A DNA stretch of 64,000 nt from an uncultured Thermococci archaeon (GCA_964595645.1 CAZQQT010000003.1:32001-96000); one strand, 5' to 3'. Numbered from the stretch's first letter, positions 26,160 to 36,698 are shown. The notes: generated from the letters alone by a model not told the origin. Program-made: numbers and translations.

Positions 26160-29100
26160 TTAGTAGTTATTTACTGTCTTTTCAATTGGTAGTACTACCT
26201 CGTTAGATTTAATTTTTTGAATCTGCTCCCTGATGTCATTGTCTTCTTTAATACTATTGAAAATTTCTTTTATCACAGCTAATTTTTCGTCTTCAGATTT
26301 TAAGTTTTCAATGCCTTTTAGATAGGGCTTAACCAATTCCATAAGAGTTGTTTCGAGTTTTTCTTCGAAGTAAAGCTCATAAATGAGAGAATCGATGATT
26401 TGCTCATCGATAAAACGAATGAGCTTTTCCTCTGAGCTTCGACGTTTTTCTGTTTCATTGAGAAAGAGCATATAGGTACAGAGGGTAATAAAAGGCTGTT
26501 GATTTTGGAGGGAGATTTTTTTAACTGGAAGTCTCTTGAAGTCATTAGGATAAAAGTAATACTCTATTCTATGCCTCCTAATTGTATTGAGATAAAACTT
26601 GGCGAATTTTGAGTTTAACACAGTTAGAATGTATTTGAGGTCAAAATTGGATGATATTTTCTCCAATTCATCTCTTGGCTTGTCAGTCCATTTCGTGATA
26701 CTCATAGTGATACTTCGGTTCGAAACAGACTTGAGACTTTCGTATCTCACCATCACATTGATACTATGGTTACATATTATTCCACTCTCATCATAGGTTC
26801 CATCTACCGTAGCTCCACGAATTATTTTGGGGTAGATATACAATTCAGGAAAAGTTGGCCTCCTAATTTTGGTAGGGCATCGTTCAGTATCCCATTCCAA
26901 GTATTTGGTTTTATTAATTGTGTACCTATCAATATATTTGGCCTCTACATAAGGCTTACTATTAATTCTTGTTTCAGTATCAGAAATTAGGTCGTCCTTT
27001 TTAAATTCGCCCTTAGCTTTTTTTTCATGAGCATTTAAAACCATACCAACACTTATAAAGCAGATATTTCCCAATAGCTCTGTATTTTTAAATGCGTCTT
27101 CAAAATCCATCGTGGGAGCTATTCTAAAAATCTTATTTATATCCTCAGATGGCTCAAGCTCTTCAATATTTCCAAAAGAATTAACATGCAAAATCCGCTC
27201 TGTCTTCTCTTCCTTTTCTTTATTTTCTACGATAAGTATAACATTTTCGACGCCCACTCCTCTGAAAATTTCAATATTTTCAAAAAAATCAACTTTTTTT
27301 AAATGATAATTTCCCAAAATAAATTTTTTACTCTTTTTAGCGAATTTTGAGGTATTAAATGACTTTGAAATTATGTATGAGAAAACTCCTCCCTCTGAGA
27401 TCGATTTTAGGCTTCTTTCAATGAAGGCAATGAAAAGATCCCATTTTTCATAAAACGTTTGGTATTCTCCTGTGTCCTCTAACACTTCTCTTAGTCTCTG
27501 ATATGTTTCGTCTTCGTTATCTGCCCGTACGTAGGGTGGATTTCCAATGATGATATCGAATCCTCTACCCTCTTGCGATTTTTTCGGATCGAAAACTTCA
27601 TAAAATTCAAATCCCCAGTGAAAAGGACTGAACTCATCAAATTCTTCTTGCGGAATCTTTATATCCTTAGATCTTAACGCTCTATAAAACTCTAAATCGA
27701 GTAATTCTCTTAATTTTTTGTCTATTTTTTCTATTCTTTTTCTCAAAGGTTTAAGTTCGCTATATTTTGCTTTTTTATACGTATGAACAAGGTTTTCTCT
27801 TTCTTCCAATAATTCATACAGTGAATTTTCCTTGGTCCAGTACTCTAAATTTGAGTGATCTCTATCTTGGAACTTACTGATATCCTTATACCCGACCAGA
27901 GTGTTCCCGCGTCTGAGATTATATTCTATATTTGGCAATGGCTTGATATCTTCTGGTTTATATGAATCTACAAGCCACAGTCATAACCGTAATTTTGTTA
28001 TTTCAATAGCATTAGGATTTATGTCTACGCCATACAAATTCTCTAAAAGAATTATTTTTTTAATAACAGAATCGGGATTTTTTATGTTCAGTTTATTAGA
28101 TATTTTTTTGATTAAATCGAATAATATATGAGCCGCTGCCAGTAAAAAGGCTCCAGAACCACAGGCATTATCACAAACGTTCAGTTTTAGTATGATTTTC
28201 TTCAAAATTTCATTTAAAGTTGTTTCATGAAGTATAAAGATTTCGTCAATGTTCTCAATCAACTCTGTCTCTTTATACTCCTTTTCTTCCTTCAAAAAAG
28301 TGTTTATCCTACCTATTAGACAAGAATAAATAGCATTTTCTGCAATATATCTTGTTATATACTTTGGCGTATAATAAGCACCCGTACCTTTCCTATCGGA
28401 AGCGGTCATCGCCCTTTCGAATATATAGCCCAATATCTCCGGATCTATTGAATCTCCATTGCCAAGAGACTCTTTATGTACAAACTTGAAACTATCCAAA
28501 AAATTGACCAGTTCTCTTAAAATTTCAGCCTTGATTCTGTAATTTGGATTTTTTTTCTCTACGTTCGTCTTGAGAAATAAACTCCCATTTAAGTATGGTA
28601 TGTCCTCGAAATTAGAGTCTATATCTACTCTTTCACTTTCTGGAGTATTCAAAACTCTAAAAAATAGTTGTTTTAATCGATCGTTCATGATATCTTGGTC
28701 TTGCTCAGCCAAATAGGCCAAAATATCTTTTTCGATAATCCCTTTCGATTGGAGAAATTTTATAAAGATCAATCGATCGACAATCACCTGAGCAACTTGC
28801 TCTCTACTTCCCAAATCCTCGATATTGAGGATATTCTGTATCAAACAGTCTTCTTCAGAGATCCGTTGTGTTTTATTCTCTCTATCTTTGTATCTCCCCC
28901 CATGCAACAAAGCGTTATACCATGCGTAAAATCTCTTTGTGATTTCCTCCTCTGTCTTATCAGAGATTACTCTTTCTTTTCCACGTAAAAAATCTTCAAT
29001 TTTTTCATGATCCTCTTTTAAATCAAGTTTTGCTGTTTCCTCACCATTTTTATCTATAAATATCCACGTCAATCCATCTGTAGCTATCCCAAACTCATAG

Positions 29101-29495
29101 TTATCTCTTACTTCGGCTAATCTGAATAATCCCTTTATCTGATTCACTGCACTATCCTTTCCTTTGTACAAATCGGCATTTATCGGTTTAACTTCTGCTA
29201 AAAACATTCTTCCTTCAGAATCTTTTATCCTATAATCCGCTTTTCGTATGGTACCCCTACTTGTTCTAAAATGCCTTTCTGGCAATACTTCCAAGTCTAA
29301 CAAGTTAAAGATTTTTTTAATGATAAATTTTTTAGTAAATTCTTCGGGGTCTATTTCCTCCTCTAAAAAAACAGACAAAAGCTTCCTTTTTTCTTCAAAA
29401 ACCCTTTTTCTTCCGTTAAGAGTCATCCTTTTTCGAATACCAGCTATAATACTTACAATAACATCGTTAGTTAATAGGCTATTTTTATTTTTCAT
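26160..29495 (-). pseudogene. Type IIG restriction-modification enzyme (REase + N6-adenine MTase + TaqI-like TRD), interrupted by one in-frame TGA at 27983-27981
   Basis: ADY..AEVK nuclease motif, ILGYIFE, GAYYTP, DNACGSGAF, GVDIN, KLRL*LW, GFDIIIGNPPY; both ORFs are in the same frame. Confidence 0.85.
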
Positions 29496-29941
29496 ATACT
29501 CTCAACATCTATCATTTTTCAAATTTTTAAAAGTTTCCCTTATAGCAAACCAAAGTATTCGTATTTCAAAATTCACGTGTATATCAAAGTTTTATGTAGA
29601 GGTTTTGAAATTTTTTTATTTCTACTAATACTTTTTAAAAAATATTGATAAAATTTAACACTCAAATATTTCCCAAGGTCTCAAGGATTTCCATAGGACC
29701 GATCCTAAAGAAATTACTACATACCGTAGTAATTAGATACCGATCCCCTTTCAAGGAAAAATCAGTGAGATCTACAGGACAGAAACGGCTTTATTTACGA
29801 TTTAACTAACACTCATAAAATACATGAAAAAGAAGTATGTGAAAATCGCATGTTTTGGGCGTTTACCCTACCTATCACGCTTACGCATTTCTCAGGTTTC
29901 GCTTGTGTGGCAAGGTCTCCCTGGAAGTACTATGTTGTTAC

Positions 29942-30324
29942 AGTTACTTGAGTAACTTAAATCTTAGATGGTATTTTTTTGTCAAAGATTGTCAGTAATT
30001 ATAAGACATTGGGATCGATACGCTCCAGTGAGGGGGCATACTTCTCTTTACAGTCCCTTTATTCAGAGGAAGGGAACTCTCCGATACGGGCATCTCACAG
30101 CATTCGGGGGCAGTATGCCCTTATTCATCGATACTTTGAGGCAAAGTGTTCAATATTGTAAAGTAGTACTCTTTCTCCAGAAGTGATTTTTTGTCAGTAA
30201 TAGCAGGTCTCAGTAATAGTTTACTTACAAATTAAGCATTTTGGTAGTTTTTTTCCATGGAATTTCAGAGTTTTTGTAAGTGGATTTGTCAGTGAACGAC
30301 CATTTTTGTAAGTTATTAGTAAGT
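29942..30324. repeat. Cluster of TTGT(C/A)AGT repeats plus inverted repeats; candidate origin/oriT
   Basis: Copies near 29989, 30191, 30210 (partial), 30223 (reverse), 30274, 30286, 30306; IR AGTTACT-TG-AGTAACT at 29942-29957. Confidence 0.55.
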
Positions 30325-30347
30325 TGTTTTACAAAGTTTGTACAATG

Positions 30348-31271
30348 TTATTCTAACTTTGGCACCATGGCAATGAGCTTTCTCACTACTACCCTGTCTG
30401 GAATCATCTCTCCATTGGGCCATGAGAACTTCCTCTCCACTCTCAGTGCAGGATAACTCGCCATGCGTTTACTGTACACGTTGATGGTATTGTTGTTCCC
30501 GCTGAGCTTCATTTTTATGTTCTCTATACGGTTTTTGTTAATGCCTATGTAATCTGCATTGAGTTCGAGTCTGTTGATACACGTCGATCTTGGGAGATTT
30601 TTGAGGAGCCTATAGAACTCCAAGATGGAGAGGGGATTTTCCGTACAGTGGAGGTAGGAGGTAACCGTCTCTTCTCCCCTGCTGTTCTCGGGAAGTTTTA
30701 CCTCTCGGTTTTGCCCGATCTCTACCCCGAAAAAGGTAGTATCTGTGAGGTGTTCGGGGGGGGGACTCACCCCCCATTCTTTCGTGGTATGGGTCATCAT
30801 GAGATTGTGGAATCCCAGTACTACATCTCCAGAGTGATAATGTTCTACATGCAGATCAAAGACGTGTAAGTACTGGTACATCCCATGGCCCCACGGAATC
30901 AGGAACCCTTCATCTCTTAACGCATATATGTACTTTCTTACCGTATTCTTGGAACGATTGAGATCTTTTGAAATTTCTTTGATAGTGAAAGCACTTTCCT
31001 TTTCTTTTATTTTTTTGAGGTACTTCTCCATGGTAACTGACTGTGTATTTCCAAAAATTTTTGTGAGGTCCTCTCGATCTCTTTCCTCCAGCATCTCGGG
31101 ATTGGTAACGATGCTTTCGGTTCCCCACGGATTTTCGAGATTGGATTCCCTTGTTACTGCCGAGTCACTCATCTTTGTTTCCTCCCACTTCAAGAACCGC
31201 CAGTGCCATGGCTCGTACGATGGGATCACCTGACTGAGCAAGTTTCTGGAGCCACTCCTTATTTTCTTCAT
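30348..31271 (-). CDS. HTH protein with compact Rep_trans-like C-terminal motifs (putative initiator/relaxase)
   Basis: FTIKEISKDLNRSKNTVRKYIYAL HTH; NRLELNAD, INVYSK, LRVE. Confidence 0.45.
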   Translation of the reverse strand: MKKIRSGSRNLLSQVIPSYEPWHWRFLKWEETKMSDSAVTRESNLENPWGTESIVTNPEMLEERDREDLTKIFGNTQSVTMEKYLKKIKEKESAFTIKEISKDLNRSKNTVRKYIYALRDEGFLIPWGHGMYQYLHVFDLHVEHYHSGDVVLGFHNLMMTHTTKEWGVSPPPEHLTDTTFFGVEIGQNREVKLPENSRGEETVTSYLHCTENPLSILEFYRLLKNLPRSTCINRLELNADYIGINKNRIENIKMKLSGNNNTINVYSKRMASYPALRVERKFSWPNGEMIPDRVVVRKLIAMVPKLE

Positions 31272-31438
31272 AGTACTTTTTAATAGATTTCATAAAACTA
31301 ATTTTAGCCCTTTATTTAAATAATATATAGATTATTAAACTATTTTTGGAAATTGAACAGGTTTAATCAAGTGATCTAATTAAACCGATAGCTTGAAGGA
31401 TCGAAAGATTAATAATTACAAGAGAAAACTTTTGTTAA

Positions 31439-32821
31439 GTGGTTTATTTGAATGAGAGAGACACCCCACAGCATGAACAATATATTGAAAATTTCTTCGA
31501 TACATCAGACCAAAGAAAAATTGGAGGATACATTGGTAAGGTCAACGTTTTGATTAGCATAAAAAAGTTTTATGAGAAAAAAGGAAAATGGCCTGTACAA
31601 AAAGAATTGAGTGAGATGGCCGGAATCGAAAAGAGCACGATCTCTAATATTGTAAAGGAACTCCATAACAACGAACTCATAAAAAGGAGCCCTCGACCCA
31701 GTGGAGGTCTTTATTGCTGTATCTTATCTTCCTTTCTATCTAACTTTCGAGCTATTGAGGACCTCATAACATTCTCATTTAACCAAAAACGATATGGATT
31801 AATTTATGGTCTCATTAAATATTTTGATTACGTGGAACTCTTGAGTGAGTTTTATGACAAAAGTGATCGGGGGAGGGAAGAGTTCATTCACAGGATCCCC
31901 GATGAACTTTTTGACATTGCCCCAGTTGCCGAGTTACTTTCTGAGAAGATCTGCTCCAGTAAGGGATTCAGAGAGGAGTGTACTCGGTTATGTGAGTTTC
32001 TCTCTTCAGAGGACAGGATTCAGAAGATTATAGCCCAAAGACAAGATAATGTTCCCAGAAGTGATATATTCTTTGTAGAACTTGAAGAAATAGCAGAAGG
32101 GAACTATTTTGGTCATCTCGAGTTATCAAAGTTTTTTGAGAAATTATATCCTCAAAGCTCGATGCCCTTTATCCGGGAGAGAATGTACCCCTATCTTGAA
32201 AAACTTGTTAATTTATTAGTAGAAAAAAATACTATTTCTCCTTTATATGGAAGGATTCTTCTATTAAGTGGATGGCTCCAACCCCATGATGTTGTTGAGT
32301 ACTTATACAAACCGTTTTTATGGAAACGAGGGGAAAAAGTAACCTTTAGGAGACTCTTCCTCGATCGAGGGTTCTTGCCCTTTCTTGATTTATTTCACTA
32401 CGCCTTTATCTTTGATAATGAAGACCGTGAAAAGTTTAAAGAGCGACATTCCATGATTTTCAATAATTTTGGAACAATTCTCAAAGTAATGGGATTTAGT
32501 TTCAAAAATAAGTACAGAATCAACAATATGATCTTTTTATATAATTTTTCAGATCTTATGGCATCTAAACTATATGAGTATGTGGAGGAGAGACACGAAC
32601 ATTGTGACTCTATAGGCATAGAGGATGACTTCTTAGTCACGAGCATAGAAAATGGTTTTCTTATTAAGAATGCCAAAGCACTTTTAGAAAGATCTGGAGG
32701 CGTTACTAAGAGTTTTTACGGTCCTGTAGGTCCTTTTTTAGAAAATAACAAACTGGTCTCACGTCTCCTTGATGAGAAAAGATCAATTGAGGAAATAAAA
32801 GAGGAACTACAAAGTTGTTAA
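31439..32821 (+). CDS. Winged-helix (MarR-like) N-domain protein, remainder unknown
   Basis: QKELSEMAGIEKSTISNIVKEL...LIKR. Confidence 0.6.
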   Translation: MVYLNERDTPQHEQYIENFFDTSDQRKIGGYIGKVNVLISIKKFYEKKGKWPVQKELSEMAGIEKSTISNIVKELHNNELIKRSPRPSGGLYCCILSSFLSNFRAIEDLITFSFNQKRYGLIYGLIKYFDYVELLSEFYDKSDRGREEFIHRIPDELFDIAPVAELLSEKICSSKGFREECTRLCEFLSSEDRIQKIIAQRQDNVPRSDIFFVELEEIAEGNYFGHLELSKFFEKLYPQSSMPFIRERMYPYLEKLVNLLVEKNTISPLYGRILLLSGWLQPHDVVEYLYKPFLWKRGEKVTFRRLFLDRGFLPFLDLFHYAFIFDNEDREKFKERHSMIFNNFGTILKVMGFSFKNKYRINNMIFLYNFSDLMASKLYEYVEERHEHCDSIGIEDDFLVTSIENGFLIKNAKALLERSGGVTKSFYGPVGPFLENNKLVSRLLDEKRSIEEIKEELQSC

Positions 32822-32823
32822 GT

Positions 32824-34044
32824 TTATATTTCCCCTTCTCCCACTATTGCTTGCATCTTCTTGAATAGCTCCGGTTTCTTCTTAAAAAGTTCGACCATCT
32901 CTATAAATTTTTTCATCTCTGGTAAAACTTCTGAGTCTTCTATAGCGATATCTGGGAAATCTCCGCCAAGTTTGGTGCTCCGCATTTGGAGTTTCACTGC
33001 TTCTTCTTCATTCAGGACCGCTCCACACCGGCCACAGAACCGATCTGTGGGTCCATTAGTGTATCCACACCGTGGACACTCTTTGGGTCCAAACTCTTCC
33101 TCCTTTTCATTCTCGTCTTTTGTCTCTATCCCGTAATGTTTGAGGAGCGTCTTATCCACATCTCGGCCACTGAGATGGACGTAGGTAGCTGGCATATCAC
33201 TCCCCTGCACCCACCCAAAGTATTCGTTCATCTCGGCCTCGGTGAGCACACCAGCCAAGTGAGTAGCCCGAGAGTGTCGGAACACGTGGGGGGTCACGTT
33301 CTTATCGATCCCGGCCTCCTTGGCGATCTTCTTAATTCTCTGAGAGATCCCTTGATAGGTGATTCCTTTTTTTTCATAATTCGTGGAGAGATTCACCCAG
33401 AGGGGAGCGTCTTTATTCTCCTTATCAGGATGCATCTCGATCCACTTCACCAATGCAGAGGAGGATGAGACCACCCGTACTCTCCTTTCTCCTGTTTTTC
33501 CTTTCACCTTAATGACCGCTCCATGATCGTCGAACTCCACATTTCTCATTCTCAAACTTGCCAACTCCCCCACTCTCAGCCCACCCTCGTACAGGACCGC
33601 GATCATGGCCTTGTTCCGTGGGTGGTCCGCCGTTTCGATCATGCTTTTTACTTCCTGTTTCGTGAGGAGGTCTTCCGGGAGCTTCTTTTTATTGTTTCGT
33701 ATTGTTGTTTTCACATCTTCTGTGAGCTCCCCCTTCCCCAGCCACCGGAAGAACCGTTTTAACACGACCTTGTAGTCTTTCTTGGTGTAGTCCGAGTACT
33801 CAGATTGTTCTAACTGAGAAAGAAATCGCACCACTTCGTCTTCATCCCATTCGGTAAATGTTTTATCCGTTTTCTCGGCGATGACCTTCAGGTGGTTCGC
33901 GTACTTCAGCACCCGTGCCTTGGTCAGGCCCTCGGCGAACAACTTCTCGAGGAACTTCATGATGAGTTCAGCGTTCTCCCCGTTCTCTATCCCCCGGATC
34001 CGCTCCCTCACATTCTCCAGCTGGTACTCAAAATCGTACAACAT
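32824..34044 (-). CDS. Tyrosine integrase with C-terminal Zn ribbon
   Basis: LRVGE, KGKTG, HVFRHSR, GW, PATYVH catalytic set; CPRC..CGRC. Confidence 0.95.
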   Translation of the reverse strand: MLYDFEYQLENVRERIRGIENGENAELIMKFLEKLFAEGLTKARVLKYANHLKVIAEKTDKTFTEWDEDEVVRFLSQLEQSEYSDYTKKDYKVVLKRFFRWLGKGELTEDVKTTIRNNKKKLPEDLLTKQEVKSMIETADHPRNKAMIAVLYEGGLRVGELASLRMRNVEFDDHGAVIKVKGKTGERRVRVVSSSSALVKWIEMHPDKENKDAPLWVNLSTNYEKKGITYQGISQRIKKIAKEAGIDKNVTPHVFRHSRATHLAGVLTEAEMNEYFGWVQGSDMPATYVHLSGRDVDKTLLKHYGIETKDENEKEEEFGPKECPRCGYTNGPTDRFCGRCGAVLNEEEAVKLQMRSTKLGGDFPDIAIEDSEVLPEMKKFIEMVELFKKKPELFKKMQAIVGEGEI

Positions 34045-34106
34045 ACCTCTTTTCAGCCTCTCTCTTTATAAATGTTTGGGTGAGAATTAAACCCAAGATA
34101 TATAAG

Positions 34107-34119
34107 CCCGGCCGGAGCA
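34107..34119 (+). repeat. Distal att core CCCGGCCGGAGCA
   Basis: Duplicate of the tRNA-Glu 3' end, 63 bp upstream of the integrase start. Confidence 0.9.
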
Positions 34120-34186
34120 CTTTTTTATACTAAAGCTAATTGGTACCGACATCTATATACATTGAGAAATTGTATTTGAATATGCT

Positions 34187-34345
34187 ATGGTAAAAATTAT
34201 AGGGCCAGAAGCAATTGAAGATGCACTATTCGAGTATCATTCACAATTAGCGTCTACCATATTACATAAAAAAATAAAAAATAGTTCACCGCAGAGCATT
34301 GTTGAGATCGGTTCAGGACCAGGTACATTCACTATCCCACTTTTG
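34187..34345 (+). pseudogene. Truncated class I SAM methyltransferase N-terminus
   Basis: SIVEIGSGPGTFT motif I, after which the frame runs into the antisense of another gene. Confidence 0.5.
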
Positions 34346-34637
34346 ATGGAAGACGCTCTAGTTCTTTTGTATCGATGGTTTCATCATGAAGAGCAGGAGA
34401 TTCCACCACATATCGCTGGAGCTCCTCAGGAAGTTCGGCGAGTCTATCAATGAAGGATTTCTCCGTAGTATCCAGTGCTCTATTCTCTCCCAGTACTTTC
34501 AGCGATTCCTGTATTTCTCTGGAAATTCCCTTTTCTTTTGTATATGCGATTGCAGGGTTTTCTTCTGTCTGCGTGAGACAGCCAGAAATCAGGAGTAATG
34601 AACTCACTACAACAACAATATATTTTTCATATTTCAT
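34332..34637 (-). CDS. Short, probably truncated lipoprotein
   Basis: Lipobox LISGC. Confidence 0.5.
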   Translation of the reverse strand: MKYEKYIVVVVSSLLLISGCLTQTEENPAIAYTKEKGISREIQESLKVLGENRALDTTEKSFIDRLAELPEELQRYVVESPALHDETIDTKELERLPSKVG

Positions 34638-34766
34638 ACATCTTTTCTGTAGTAAATCTATAAAAATGTTATTTCTTCAGAACAATATCTACTCAACTGT
34701 GTCTGCTTGTTTCTCTAGATTTCCCCTGAATGGACTCTCTCTTCTCCTAGAAATCGTTTTTATACC

Positions 34767-35417
34767 TCAAAACTCCCCAAAGGGGAGGATGGCAACAACG
34801 ATCCAGTAGGCAATATAAGGAATCAGCACCACAAGAAAAGCTCTTTTGCTGTTTATGTTGTACCGCTCTCTCACAGCAATGACCATTAAGATGAATGCCC
34901 ATAAAAAGAATATATTGTACTCCCTGAGAAACGCTGAGGGGAGATGAGGGTGTCGGAGCTGGTACACGAACTCTTCGTATGATGGCGGCTGGTAGGTTAG
35001 TCCGTTGTATACCTCTACTACTCCTTTGAATATAAATGGCAAATACGTATAGGCCATCATGTGTATGGTAGTGAACACTCTATCTCCCTCACCACCCAAA
35101 TAACGGGAAAATACGTGGAAGACAATCGATTTTATCGTCAACGCTACTGGAATGAGGAGGACAGAAAAGATAATTCTGGTTGCTGTCACCATCCACTGCA
35201 TCTCTGCTTTGATGAGTGTATACCCCACTCCCCCTGCATACTGTCTTCTCAGACCCAGCGTTTTATGAACAACTAACCCATCCGCTATTCCAAATAGTAC
35301 TCCCACGATAAGAATAATTGCTAGAGCTACCGTCCATTTTTCTTCAGATTTTAACTCTCGGAACGTTTGTCCTGCCTTAAGTAGATTCAATAGTTGTAAC
35401 ATGGTACCATTTTTCAT
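34767..35417 (-). CDS. Yip1 family membrane protein
   Basis: Five TM helices; LGGEG...AYTYLP...W...L.IAV pattern. Confidence 0.7.
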   Translation of the reverse strand: MKNGTMLQLLNLLKAGQTFRELKSEEKWTVALAIILIVGVLFGIADGLVVHKTLGLRRQYAGGVGYTLIKAEMQWMVTATRIIFSVLLIPVALTIKSIVFHVFSRYLGGEGDRVFTTIHMMAYTYLPFIFKGVVEVYNGLTYQPPSYEEFVYQLRHPHLPSAFLREYNIFFLWAFILMVIAVRERYNINSKRAFLVVLIPYIAYWIVVAILPFGEF

Positions 35418-35759
35418 TGTTTTTCCTAATGTGTCGATGAGTATTCTCTCATTTTACCAAGTGTGTCACCCTTCCAAGAACTTTTAGGAGTTCAATTATC
35501 GCTTAGGGAATTTCGAGTGGTATTAACAATCTGTTATTGCAATAATGACATTTGCATGGTTTATGGCTGGTTTCTTGTCCATATTTAATAGTTTTATTTT
35601 TTGTATAAAAATTTTCGGTTGAAATATGTAATATAATAAAAGTATTTTACCATATAATCTACAGAAAATATTTAAAGAACTTAAATAGAATAATCTTTTA
35701 TAGATAAAGATATACTCTTTGATAAGATACTATTTTTTGTCTATAACTTCATTAAAAAT

Positions 35760-36093
35760 ATGATTTTTGTCTACGGTATCTGTATCAGTCTCGCCGTAGT
35801 GATCGCCCTATTGTTCTATATTGTGAAGGGAACGCCTTTTATCCAGACGTATCTCGATGCATTGGGGACACTCGGAGTGGCGCTTATGATTGGAGGAGCG
35901 CTTATTTTGGCAGCATCAGCCCAATGGGGAGGGTGGTCCAGTAGAGTATGGCGGCTACGTCGATACACGATACACAGAAGAAGTAGGAAAATGGAAAAGT
36001 GGCCTTGCTTCAAGGGTGGGTCAGGGATTCTTCGTATTTGTTTACGGACTCCTTCTCGAATTTATCGTGTACGTTTCAGGACCTGGGCCATGA
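35760..36093 (+). pseudogene. Small membrane protein, apparently frameshifted near 35930
   Basis: Two TM helices in one frame, plausible third TM in an overlapping frame. Confidence 0.35.
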
Positions 36094-36252
36094 ACGTATC
36101 TGTTGTAATCTTTAAAGGTGTCAAATAAGAATAATTTTTTTATTTGAAAGATAAAAATACAAATAGAAAGCTTTATAAAGGAGTCCATCATTGGTTCTTC
36201 GTGAGAATTGTATGTTTATGGATTCTCATGCAGAAAACAATAAGGTGAATAT

Positions 36253-36393
36253 ATGAATAGAAATTTTGGTACAAGAAAGATGCATAAAGCTACATGTGCT
36301 GACTGCGGCGAGGATTGTGAAGTTCCATTCAAACCTCAGGAAGGAAGACCGGTATACTGTAGAGACTGCTATCAGAAACATAGAAAGTATTGA
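36253..36393 (+). CDS. CxxC-x17-CxxC zinc-finger protein (46 aa)
   Basis: AGGTGA SD; MNRNFGTRKMHKATCADCGEDCEVPFKPQEGRPVYCRDCYQKHRKY; below the ORF-track cutoff. Confidence 0.92.
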   Translation: MNRNFGTRKMHKATCADCGEDCEVPFKPQEGRPVYCRDCYQKHRKY

Positions 36394-36698
36394 GTGTCAA
36401 TTCTCTTCTAAAGAGATTTAACGGTAGTGAAAGAACTATTTCTTTTTATTTTTCTTTTATTTACGGAAAAACTCTCTTGTTCTATGGTTCTCAGTCATAT
36501 ACTGTGACTTTAAATAAGCCTCTTTTGTCTTCTTTTTCCAACCTTACTACTACCTTTTTTATTCTATAAGTGTTTCTTCCTCCTTCTGAAAAATTTTTAT
36601 ATAATTTCAATGGAAATTTAATATAAATAGGAGTATTGGCTAAAATATCTCGCAAAAATCTTAGAAAAATATTTATAGATACGAAAAAGATATATTTA

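Larger units (their letters stand above)
20139..34119. mobile_element. ~14 kb integrative element at tRNA-Glu
   Basis: 13-bp direct repeats, integrase next to the distal repeat, accessory cargo (R-M, PIN, surface proteins). Confidence 0.9.

Noticed and set aside
27981-27983. Selenocysteine or alternative-code reading of the in-frame TGA
   Set aside because: The position corresponds to a conserved Trp, not Cys, and TGA is used as a normal stop elsewhere in the window (e.g. rps7, rps12)
29968-30186. Short ORFs in the putative origin region
   Set aside because: No SD or recognisable motifs; they overlap repeats and hairpins, so probably non-coding
20139-34119. Provirus (pleolipovirus or head-tail) or full ICE
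   Set aside because: No recognisable packaging/secretion ATPase, capsid, terminase or coupling protein
32824-34119. SSV1-type partitioned integrase
   Set aside because: The att core lies outside the ORF and the integrase is intact
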